From Bilabrum cf. latius (lineage: Eukaryota), in NCBI GenBank assembly GCA_965178125.1, contig OZ237738.1:310001-374000 (forward strand): a stretch of DNA of 64,000 nucleotides. The letters run 5' to 3'. The position numbers and the translations under genes were made by a program. Of the stretch, positions 1-11,900 are shown in pieces. Under the pieces are notes generated by a model that did not search any database, was not told the DNA's origin, and saw only the letters and a program-made list of their open reading frames with translations. Positions within the stretch are counted from its first letter, which is position 1. Each line of letters begins with the position of its first letter.

Positions 1-3000
1 GTTCACCAGTGGTGCTGAGGTGAGGCAGGTGCTTCGGGTGCGAGGGCAAAGCGGGCTGGACTTCGAGAGCCTGCCTGACTATGACACGACACTGTCAACT
101 GCGGACCCGCGCTGGCCCACTGAGCCTGTGTCTAGAGCACACAAGATCACCTTGAATGTGGAGGACGCCTCGGGGTCTGGCACTTTCGTGGTGGACCTAC
201 CTCTGAGAGATGCCAACGAGGAACCCACTGTGACCGCTAGCCTGAACATCGTGGCCGAGGATGCCCCTGTTGGCACCGTGGTTGGCACTGTTGTTGTGGT
301 GGATCCCGATGCTGGGGACAGCTACGAGGTCCAGGCTACTGTTGCGAACTACGATCAGCTGTTCTCATTCAACGCAGAGACGCAGGAGATTGTGCTGGAG
401 GGTGAGCTGGACTACGAGCGTGAGCAGTTCTACAGCCTGTCTGTGACTGCCACTGACTCAGGCGGTCTGGTTGGGCAAACGACTGTGAGCATGGGTGTGA
501 CGAACGTTAATGACATCACCATCGATGACGTGCAGGGCGAGTTGCCGCTGAGCACGGACGGATCCTCTGCGATCGAGGTGGTCGGCACTAACCTGGGATA
601 CTTCAACACATCCAAGAACCCCGACATCAAGGTGTCCTTCGGCCCGCTCGGTGACATCGAGCGCTTCCAAGCGCGTGACTGCGTTGTTACCACGATCAAC
701 ACCAGGATCCGCTGCGCCTCCACAGATGAGGGTTTCGGGGCCAATTTGCGAGTGCGGGTCCAAGTGGGCGAGCACGTAAGAATCTCAGAGGCAGATATCA
801 CTGTGAGCTTCGCGCCCCCCGTCCTGAACTCAACCGTGATGACCGCGGACCTGCCAGGCAGTGGGGGAGGTACCTTCACCATCCGCGGTACTGGCTTCGG
901 GCCGTTGGGTGCTGTCGGTCTCAACAACGCGCGCTCTGCCTTGCAGGTGGTGTATGCCCCTAGCTGGGACACGAGTGGGTACACGTACACTGGCCGGGGC
1001 TGCGCGGTGACTGTGGCCCACACTGAAGCAGAGTGCACCACGGGCGAGGGCTTCGGCGCCTCAAACTGGGTGATCCTTCAAGTGGCGGATGCAAGTGTGG
1101 AGGAGAGCCGCCGAAGCACCGATTCGCAGACGCTCCGGTCAACGACACTGGATGACGCCATCAGGTTTGCTGCCCCTGTGGTGACCGACCTGCAGACCCC
1201 GTCCCAGACCGGGGGCCAACTGAGCACGGCAGGCCGCCAGCTCATCTCGATCTAGGGTAGGAACCTCGGCCGCTTCAAGGCATTCGGAGATGAGACGGCC
1301 CAGTCCCAGCAGCCTGGTCTCTTCCCTGCAGCTGGGTCTGGGGACTGTCCTCGCGGGTGGTCTGCATGCTCTCATGTGTACTCGCAGGGTGTGGCCAGCG
1401 CGCTTGGCTCCACTGCGGGCATGTATCCGACCGAGTCTGACTCCATGGTGCCGCGGGTGTCAGCCGCAACCCCGCCGGGGAGTAGCTCCGATGGTGCGGT
1501 GGGCTAGCCGATGCACCCTGGCATCATCTCGGTGACCTATGGGTATTTGCCGAACGGGACCACCCTCGCCGAGGCTGAGTCCATGATCTCGCAGTACAAC
1601 ACCGACCGACGGTCTAGCGTGGACTCTGCCACTGCAGCAAAGATGACCGATATCTTGCCCCCCAGCCTCAGTGCCCCGCTCTCTCGATTTAGGCCCACCT
1701 GCCTTGTCCTGGTTGCCCACACCATGCTGCAGTGCGAGACTGTGCCCGGCTATGGTGCAGGCGTAGTGTTTGTCGTGCGTGTGGGAGGCTTGATTTCATT
1801 GGTGCAGGAGGAGTCGCCGTTCACCAGCTACATAACACCGAGCGTGTCTGGTGTCACTGGTGACGGGGCATTCAACGCTTCGACTCGCGGGTCGCAACTG
1901 GTGCTGATCTCAGGTGCACAGTTAGGGTCGCGCGACCTGCAGCCCGTGACCAGGGTCCGTTACGGTCCCTACGACCCGTCGAACTCGCCCGCCATGAGTC
2001 GCACGGAAGGTCTCAGCCTTGAATTCATCGCCGTGGATTGTGAGGTGGGCACGGACCAGCAGCAGATCCGATGCCTGACTGCACCTGGTGCAGGCCGCGG
2101 CCACTGGTGGCAGGTGCGAGTTGGCAACCAGTGGAGCCCCGTATTCGATGCAGCGTCTTCGTATGCCGCGCCGAGCATCATCGGGTTTGAGGGCGATGGT
2201 GCCCGCGATGCTTCCACGCGCGGTGGACAGGTCGTCACGGTGATGGGCGCCAACCTGGGTCCCACCACTGCTGACATCGACCGCGTATTCTACAAGGCCG
2301 TGAGCACTGTCGGCCCCGATGTGCCCCAGGGCAACGATACTGATGGTGATGAGGGCGACGAAACTCCCATCGAAGACCTCACTCCCGCTGAGAGACTGGC
2401 CGTGGTGGAGTTCGAGGCGGTCGGGTGCCAGATGACCAAGGCCCACGAGGAGCTCAGGTGTGTGACCGCCCCCGGTGTCGGTCGTACCCTCGAGTGGACC
2501 GTGATCGTGCGTGAGCAGAAGAACGAAGATCCTGTGACCAGCTATCATCCCCCGACAGTGCGGGCAGCCACGTCCTCTGCCGGAGACCAACAGCAAGCCG
2601 GTATGGGCTGGCTGCGTGCCGAGTCGTATGCCGCAGAGGTCCGCGCGCTGGACTTGCTGTACAAGGGGTGTGGGGCGTCAACTGGGCGCGTGGTCAACGG
2701 ATCCTCTGTATCTGGCTCTGACGACAGCGTGGTTGCAGGCGGCTCGAACCAGCCTGCATCCGTGCTTCGCGCCCAGCTGATGAGCTCGGACGGTGGACAG
2801 AGCGTGGTGATCGATGGCCAGCACTTCGGTCCTGCCACCACCCCTGGTCCTTTCCTCGAGGCCGTGTACTACGGGGCGAGTGGGTCTGAGTACGCTGCCG
2901 CTGATTGCACCCTGGTGGACCACAACCAGATCACGTGCTAGACGGTGCCGGGCATCTCGCCCATGTCAGCCGATGGCGGTGCCAACTGGCGGGTGTCCAT

Positions 3001-6000
3001 CGCTGGACGCATTTCATCGCCGTCGTTGCTCACTGCCGCATACGCACCCCCTGCGTTGCGCAGCGTGCATCCCAGGCTGCTGCCCACTCGTGGTGGGCAA
3101 GTGGTGACGATCGTCTCGACCGATCTGGCGCTAATGGACTCGGACTCTGACGTGACATTCGCATTCTCCCTTCCGTCTGGGGCTGCTGTGGAGGTGCAGC
3201 CCCTTGCGCCTGCGGCTCTGGCTGCTTACCCGACTGTGAGTGCTCCCACTTCGCAGCAGCTGGCTAACTGGGGATACCCTGGATATGGGGAGCCCGTGGC
3301 TGCCGGTGCTGGTCTTCGATATCCTCTGATCAACGAAGATGTGGCACGTCAGGCGCTGGTGGCCCAGCTCAACAGCGCTGGGTCCACCCTGTCTTGCGAC
3401 GCGGGTGCCATCGGGGCTGTGGCTACCTCGCTGCACGTGCTGTTTGCGATCTCACCAGAAGGTGCCGGTGCCAATGTTCCAGTGTCGGCTCAGGTGGTAT
3501 CTACCGCTGGATCTGGTCGTGGTGCTGCCGCTCTCGGGGTGCAGTCTCTGTCGGCCCCTGCCAGCTTCGAGGCACCCGCTATCCGAGCGCTCAATCCCCG
3601 GCCTGATTCGGAGCTTCCTGGCTTCACACGGCTCGACATTGTGGGTAGCAACTTCTGCAGTGCGCAGCGGACTGTTGACAACCCGACCGGGTGCGGTCGG
3701 CTGTATGTGTCCAGCAATGTTGGCATCGCTGAGTCTGACTTTGGCCCCGAGCACGAGGTCACGGCGATCGTGTGGGGTCATGACGCTGTGGTGGCCCGCA
3801 CGCCGCACACACAGGGCGCCATCATGATCGTCGCTGGCGGGCAGTCCTCGGGTAAGGTTACGTTCACCGAGATTGCGCCAGTGTTCGGCCGCAACGGCCA
3901 GCAGTCGTTCGAGGGCCAGGAGTTTAGCCCGGCTGGTGGCGATGAGATCACGGTGGAGGCGTGCAACTTGAGGGATGGAGAAACCACCGTGCTTGTGGGT
4001 GACACGGAGGCTACCTGCGGCAGCGTGTCGGTCATCTTCACTCCTACCAACAGCAACAACTCCGCGTGCGCCGAGCCCACCCACGCCATCACGTGTACCA
4101 CGCCGCCTGGTGTCGGTGCCGAGGTGCCGGTGGTGATCAAGGTCGGTGACCTCACCTCTGAGAGCATCATTACCCCGGATGCGGGCAACTCGTCCAGGCG
4201 TTTGTCAGCAGAGACGGGTGCATCCATTGCCTACGGCAGGCAGCTCTCTACCCATCGCGGCCGTCGGCTTGCCATTTCGTGCGCAGACAGCGGCGCCCCG
4301 TGCCTCACGTATGCGGCCCCGATCGTGCAGGAAGTGCAGTTCGCTCCAGAGGATGCCAGCAACCCGGGCACATATCTCGACTACGAGCGTGTGGATCGCG
4401 TGGTCGGCGGCACGGACATGGAGCTCGTTATGCCGACGAGGCCTGGCATGGTCCGCATCGTGGGCATGAACTTCGGGCCAAGGGGTACCGTCGAGTTGGA
4501 GCCGCCGACGTCTGGCCCTTCGTTTGCTGCTGCCGTGTTCCCTCCCAATGTGGACACGCCCACCTGGTCCAACGCGATGGTGGCCTTCCGCAAGCATGGT
4601 GGCGAAGGCAGGGGCTTCCGGTTCAGGCTGTTCCAGGGCCAGCCCAACACTGGTGATGATGTGTACGGTGTGCAAGAGCCCAGCTCTCCTGGTCGAATCG
4701 ACTTCCACCACAACGCTCCCACCATAGGCGTGGCCTCGCCTGCCCGCGTCCCTACCACGGGCGGCTCCATCGTGCTGGCAGGCGACCACTTCGGTCGCTT
4801 CCAACCTGGTACCGCCGTGCCTACCGTGACCATCTCCTGGCCTGGGGCAGCATCCGCGCAGACTTGCTCGGTCACTGCACCGCTCCTGACTGAAGACGCT
4901 CACAGTGTCATCCGCTGCGACGTACCCGAGGGCCAGGGATCCGACGTTGTGGTGACTGTGACTGTTGGTGGTGTTGCGACCTCGTCCGCGCCAGGCTCCG
5001 CATTCCGGTACAACTTCCCCTTCCCTCGCGTGCTGTCACCCCCCACTGCCTCCACAGAGGGCGGTGAGAAGATCGTGATGCACGGTGACGACTTTGGCAT
5101 CTCGGGTGCCACTGTGGTGTTCCAGCGGCGGCAGGCGCCTGGTGCTCCGTTGGAACAGCTGCTGGTGCCCACGATGAACGTGTCAGCCCACAACCATTCA
5201 ACCATCGTGTTCGATGTTCCAGAGGGGCAGGGCCTGGGCTGGAGCGTGGGTGTCCGCGTGGGAGAGCAGTTCTCGTTGGACGACCCAGTGCAGCAGAGCA
5301 GCCCGCTACTGTTCGACTACGCCCCTCCTCGTGTTTTCTCGGTGCGGCCTGGCACCGGTCGCACGATCGGTGGGTACGACCTCATCATCGAGGGATCCAG
5401 TTTCGGTGTCTCCGGGGCCCGCGCCCTCATTGGCGGGCGCTCCTGCGAGCTGCTGCCGCTGGGCGGGTCCCAGGCTGCAGCCGATGCCATCGCAAGCTCC
5501 GGTGGGGGTGGGTTGCCGCCAGCTGCGATTCCAGCACACTCACACACTCGTCTGGTGTGCTCAGCCCCGGCTGGCATGTTCCCGAACCAATCCGTGGTGG
5601 TGATTGCCGCTGATGGCAGGTCCAGCCCTGCCGAGACAGTGTTCTTCCACTACGACCCGCCGGTCACGACTGGCGTATTCCCGAACCCGCCCGACGCCGA
5701 GGGCGAGGAGATCTCGCTGTTGGGCATCAACTTTGGCGTGACCGAGACGCCCGTCAGCATCAACGTGGGCGGGCTTGAGTGCGAAGACGCCGAGTGGCAG
5801 GCCGATGACGAGCTGACCTGCTCACTGCCAAGGCACCGCGCGGGCCACAAGAATCTGACCGTGACTGTGGCAGGCTAGACGAGTCACTTCGAAGAGCGCG
5901 ACTACCGCATCCGGCTGCAGCTCATGTGCGCCAAGGACTACTACGGACAGGACGGAGAGTACTGCCTGCAGTGCCCCGATGGTGCCGAGTGCCCCGGTCG

Positions 6001-8624
6001 CCTGGACGAGCCCTACGCCATCGAGGGCTGGTTCCGACTGACCCACTAGAACGGCTTCTTCGCGCCCGACGAGGCCAACCCTGAGAATGAAGTGTGGACT
6101 TGGCAGCCGAGCGCCCGCTGCCACCCCGAGCGCCGCTTCACGCGCACCAACTGCTCAGAGTTCGTGGCTTGCCAGCCCGCCGAGGCTTGCCTGGGCAACA
6201 ACGTGTGTGCTGATGGATACGAGGGTGTGCGCTGCGCCTCTTGCGCAGAGGGCACGCACTACCGCATCAACGGCTTCTGCGAGGAGTGCCCGGACAACCC
6301 ATGGCTGCTGTTCCTTGCCCTGATCGCTGCCGCATGCGTGGCTGGTGGCGCTGCGTACGTGCTCAACTCCAAGAACGTGAACCTGGCATTCATCAGCGTG
6401 AGCTAGCGCTTTGATCTCCTCGTCGTATCGTCCTTGCTTCTTGTATATTTAGCATACTTCCCTTTCAATTCTGTCCTTGTGCCGCTACCATCTCGCAGAT
6501 CGGAATCGACTACTTCTAGGTGCTTGCGATCTTCGCCTCTGCTCGCATCGCCTGGCCCGAGCTGATCCGGCAGATGTTCCAGATCATGTCCGCCTTCAAC
6601 CTCAACATCGAGCTTACGGCTCCGGAGTGCGTGGTGCCGTCGCTCGCGTACCAGGGCAAGTGGTTCGCGTTCATGGTTCTGCCGCTGCTGGTGGCTGTCT
6701 TCTTCGGTATCCTTCACGTTATCAAGCTCGTGTACAAGCGCTGCGTGCTTGGCCACACGACCAATTTGAACGGCCACCTTCCTCAGCTGATCTCCGTGCT
6801 CCTGGTGTTCGGATACGTGGCTTGTGAGTCCTCTCCCTTGTTGCATCCTATCTCGTGATTGGCCCATTTCGGCTAGAAGCCTGCTAGTACTTGCATCTCA
6901 TGCTATCCTTTGAATTTTTTTGTTCGCCCCCGCCACAAATCACAGACCTGATGCTGTCTCGCTTCACTCTGGACGTGTTCAACTGCCAGCGCATCGTGGG
7001 CGAGGATGGCAGCAACCCTGACACGGCCAGGTACATGGGCGGCCAGACTGACATCGAGTGCTACGAGGCCGGTGGCACGCACCTGACACTGCTGCCTTTC
7101 GCCATCATCGCATTGATCGTGTACATTATCGCGTTCCCAGTGTTCATCGGGTACTTGCTTTGGAGCAACAAGAAAATGGTCAAGCGCGACCAGCTGTCCC
7201 GTGCTCGCGACGAGCCCGAGACCAGGGAGCGTCTTGGCAACGATGGGTACGAGTTCCGCAAGAAGTTCTCGCGCATGTACCAGTTCTTCAAGCCTGGCAA
7301 GTGGTACTGGATACTGGTGCTTTTCGCCCGCAAGTTCGCACTGGCGCTGACCAGCCTCATGTTCGCTACTGTCCCGTCCTACCAGCTGGCCATGAGTCTG
7401 CTCGTGCTGTTCATCGGGTACACGCTGCAGACCAAGCACGAGCCCTACATGTCGCCCAGCGACCACAAGCTGGTGCTGGAGGAGCATGCCATGAAGGCCC
7501 GGTATTCTGACATGCACGCCAAGATCGAGGCCCAGCATCGCGACCAGATGCGTCGCAACCGTGTCCGTTCGGCACCGGCGGGCGGCAACGGCTGGTCCGC
7601 TGCAGAGGCTCAGAAGCAGGCTAGTCACATGATCTCGTCTGCCAGTCTGTACTTCCTGTCGTACAACGGACTTGAGAGCACGCTGCTGTTCTGCGCTGTG
7701 CTCCTGTGCCTGTCTGGCCTCATGTTCGAGAGCGACCGTTTCGCCTCATCGGGTCAGAACACCGTGGAGCGTGACACCCTCACGTACCTTGCGCTGCTGA
7801 TCATCTTCAGCTCGATCGTCTACTGGCTTTCGGTGGTATTTATCGAGATCTTCATCGTCTTCCAGCCCGAAGCAGCCGCAAACTGCTTCGGCGAGACGGA
7901 GGAGCAGAAGAAGCGCCGGGAGGAGAAGACCATGGCTGGTGTGAAGCAGGGCAAGACCGCTCGCAAAGCAGGCATCACCAAGGATGGGGACTTCCAGATG
8001 GGCGCGGGTACTGCTGCAGGATTCGCACCCGAGTCAGGCAGAGACGGCGACGCTGATGCCCAGACCCAGTTCCACAACAACCCGCTCGTTGCCAAGATGA
8101 GCATGCGCAGCATGAACGTTGATGACCTTGATCCCAGCACCACCCGAAGCGTTGGAGGGCTAACCCTGACTGATATCGTGCGTGGTGACAAGCCGCCTGC
8201 TCCTGAGCAATGGGCCAGTGTGCAAAGCCTTGTGCAGGGCATGCTGGACGATTACGACGCTTTGAGGGCAGACCGCTTGGAATCTGCCCACAAAGAGGAG
8301 CAGGCGAAGGTAATGAGTGAGCGCCACGCAGCGGGGGCCAAGGCGGCCAGGCGTAAGTCTGGCATTGCCTTTGCGCCTAAGCGCGCCGACAGTGGCACGG
8401 ATGACGTTGTACATGGTGGTGCAGGTGGGGGCTCCTCGAAGGTCAAGAACCCAATGGCTGCCAGCCGGTCAGGTGCGGGCTCCAGCACCACTTCCGCCAA
8501 GTTCGGCAGGGCCCAGGGCCTCCGGGGACTGCGAAAGGACCAGAAGTCCTCGATGGCTGCCAGAAGGGCAGCGGCTAAGGGTGGGGCCGCTGAGTCTGCT
8601 TCGTCCGGGGATGCTGGAAAGTGA
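1..8624 (+). CDS. Giant cell-surface multi-pass membrane protein, copy 1 (5'-partial): cadherin repeat(s), many IPT/TIG-like repeats, Cys-rich region, multi-TM region, cytoplasmic tail; ~2,800 codons in window
   Basis: ORFs 20-1255, 1511-2941, 2945-5878 and 6092-6406 share one frame, separated only by TAG (1253, 1505, 2939, 5876, 6047). Introns 6398-6498 and 6824-6945 (GTGAG...CAG) join them to 6520-6858 and 6891-8624, with another TAG at 6517. Ends TGA 8622-8624. Cadherin motifs DANEEP, EDAPVGTVVG, DPDAG, LDYERE, ATDSG, VTNVND. Repeated G.N(L/F)G ... C.T.PG.G ... V.V(G/A)xQ.S TIG-like units. Confidence 0.88.
2620..8096. repeat. Left arm of a long inverted repeat (>=5.4 kb); partner at 58524-64000
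   Basis: Position p maps to 66620-p (2945/63675, 5878/60742, 6891/59729), so there is no net indel; scattered substitutions only. Confidence 0.95.
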
Positions 8625-8979
8625 ACAGGACGTGTTCTTCAGCAGCTTTGAAGGATGCGTGGAACCTCATGGATGAATTCCTGCCTGAATTTGATTGTGA
8701 TTCCTGGCTCGGGTTCGTGAAATGCGTGTTCTGCTTCGTGACCAGCGGATTGATTCCGATCGCAGCATGTGTGGCGTGTTTGGCCCTTGGCTTCAAGCCG
8801 ATGGCCTAGCTCGCAAATCACTACTGCATCGGTACTTGTCATTCTGCGTCCGATTCTAGCTCACAAAGCTTGCTGGACATTGACTAGTGATTGCTAATTT
8901 TCAACCGTTTTGCTAATTTGCGTTGTTACTCTACTTTGCTCTGAACAACCACTATTCGAGACGCAGCCCACCTCAAAAA

Positions 8980-11900
8980 TCACTGTTGCACATCTAGCAA
9001 CAGTGGACTCCCAGTGACATCTGCAGCCCTTGGATACAGGCTTGGTGCACTCAGCACCTAGAATTCTTCACAGGACCCTTGCCGACCCCCAGTGCACCTC
9101 CTTGCCTCTACTCGTAGCATAGAAGCAGCGCATGGCCGGTCAGCGGTAATCGGCCCTGCTTCATTGGCGCTATCTCGACCCCAAAGTAGTGCGATTTCAT
9201 ATGCCTATCCTCCAATCAGGCGCACCCCTCCTGCTGCTGGGCTGACCGGCGAGGAATCATGAACTGCGGGAGCCGCAGCCTTAACGCTACTTGGCCATGT
9301 CATATTGTGACTAGCGGTCGATTGAGCGCTGTCAGCCACTGGTGCTAGTGGATACCCAATCAGCAACTTGGCAGCATGGCCCGCTGGTGCGACAGCCCTG
9401 AACTCCCAGTCACCCCCTTCGCTGTACCCTGGACGGAACCAACCTGACCACCTTGCCGAGCCCACATCAGGTCCTATCATCGCAATCCCTGCCGCGCTGG
9501 TTCCGCATGCGTCAGGTAGACTCTATTGCCCAGCTGCCCAGGCCTCGAGGGCGGGATTCTATACGTCGCCCCCTCCGACGAATCGCCGTGGAAGCACGGC
9601 CCACTCCATGGAATGAGCAAGCGGTGCAGCAGAGGTGTCCGGAGTAGCTTCTATGAATGGAAAAGAGATATCCTCCGGGGCCGCTCTTGCAACTCCAGCA
9701 AGGCCATGGCCGCCCGCAGCACGTAACACATCTCCAGAGAGCAGCAAGACTCGGACCACGTACCTTCCGTCTCTTGGTGGGGCGATCCGAACGTCATAAG
9801 TACCCTACGAGGAGGGCTGACCGCCGCCTCTCGGCGACACAATCCCGGCACCAGTCCAACCGCCATACCTGCCTGCGCCCCCGACCCGCACTGCGATCAC
9901 GTCATCCCACGGGAGGGGATAGGTGGGAAGAGCCTCGCCAGCGTAAGGCAGTATGTTCTCATCAACAGGCCTTGCAAGCGCACGGCGATTTCCAAATGAG
10001 TCTCCGGCAACGGCGACAAAGTGCACTGCGCTTGGCTGTGCACCCGCTTCGCCATTTCCAGCCGCACCAGCCAACACAGAGTCAGCTCGGGCATCTGCAC
10101 CTAGCGAAGGTGGAATGATGCTTAGTGGATCCGATCCATTTAAGCGGATCGCAGACCAACCAACACTTGCACTGGCGACGAGATCAGATGCTTCAGTCCC
10201 GCTCCGCCTGCCCTGACCGTCAAGGGCTAGCCTAGCCGCTCGCAATGCCTCGCGCACGTCCACTGTGGGAGTGCTGTTGAATCCACCGAGCGCTGTCCCT
10301 GCCGGGTGCGCCAGAGATGGCAGCACCAGCATACGATAAGCGCCGGTTGACGGGGTGACTCCCCCCACCGAGACATCAACTTCATACTCACCTGCCACGG
10401 TAACATTGGCGCTCGCCAGATACCGCCCGGCGATACCGTCGGACCCGCCGACCAATCCAGCAGAGCTTGCAGCATCAATGACTTGCTGCACCGACAGCAC
10501 AGAGGGCTGTACCTCAATATCCTCACGAGCAAGCAAGACATTATTGGTCGCGGTTCCGCCTAATTCAATTCCGGGCGCGGCACTGAAAGTATCCAGGGTT
10601 GACGGCGTCGGTGCGCCCGAGCTCGGAGTAGTCCCTGGGATGAGAGAAAGGCGGGCAGAGGCACCACCAGAGGCAGCCTGCGTGAGATTGTTCCCGCCTG
10701 CATCTACTCCCTAGATCGCAAAGACAGTGCCTCGCCCAGCGACAGCGAGGGAGAGGCCTTGCCCCCACGCAAGCGACCTGCCAGCTGCTCTACCCGTGGC
10801 AACATTCAGCTTGAAAGGACTGCCTGGCACGCGCACTCGCTGGCGCACATTCTCGACCGTCACAGGCGGAGCCAGGACGTCTGGAATTTCGTAAGCTACG
10901 AGAACTTCAAGCCAGAATTGACCCGCAGTGTGTGGCGTATAGCTGACGGTCCACACCGCCCCGGCACTGCCACCAGACCTCCGCGCAGTAGCAACCTGTC
11001 TCCCAGCAACGGCATTAACTGAGCCTGGTTCGATGCGATTTCCGGCAGCGTCGAAAGCAGGCTCAAGTAGCACGGTAAGCACAGTCGCATCGGTCCAAGA
11101 CGACCCGTTGTCTTGTCGGGTCCAGCTGCCAGCTCCGTTGCGAAGCGGGTTTCCGAACCTGTCTCGCACCTCGACTTCGAACGAAGTCGGCACGTCTACC
11201 GTGGCAGAGTGCAGCGCTTCTCCTCGCGCCTGCGAGGAGGGTCCGTCAGGATACGCTGGAGCTGTCTCCAGCTCGAACCCGGACACCCCCGCTGCCCCGG
11301 CGCACGAAGGAGTTGGGCGACTCAGCCACTCGAAAGGCACTGGGTGGAGCGCACTCTCCACGGCATCGTCCGCCGACTCGCTTATTCCGCGGGGGGTGAC
11401 TGCAGCCTCAAGTAGGGACGTGTTTGCCTCTGCCAATCGCAGCCTGATCCAGTCAAATGCAGCCACTGACTTCATACTGCGCCGTGCTACAGAAGATGTG
11501 TATGTCACGGCGATTGGCAGGTATGGAGCATGGTCGGGTTGCTGGCGAACAGAAGCACGGGGCGACTGCTACGTAGGACCGGTTTCATTGCCTGCAAGAT
11601 GAAGCATCACTACGCTGCCATCATTCTGAACAGGAGCTGGGTACGTTGTGCTCTACAACGAGGATCCCGTGATCGCAGGCAAGCGGCGGCCCGGCTCGAC
11701 CCATCCCGCTACTCTGCTAAGAGAAAGTGCACCTCCGATAGCAACAGTGACTTCCGCGCCACTAGCCGCCTAAACCTCCACAATGAAGCCATCTGACGCA
11801 GGTGGCATCCTCAACCAGCCGTCCCACCGCACAGTTGTCGAGCCACGGTCCGCGAACGCATTCCATCCGCTTTCTCCGTCCGCGATGGACTTAAAGAGTC

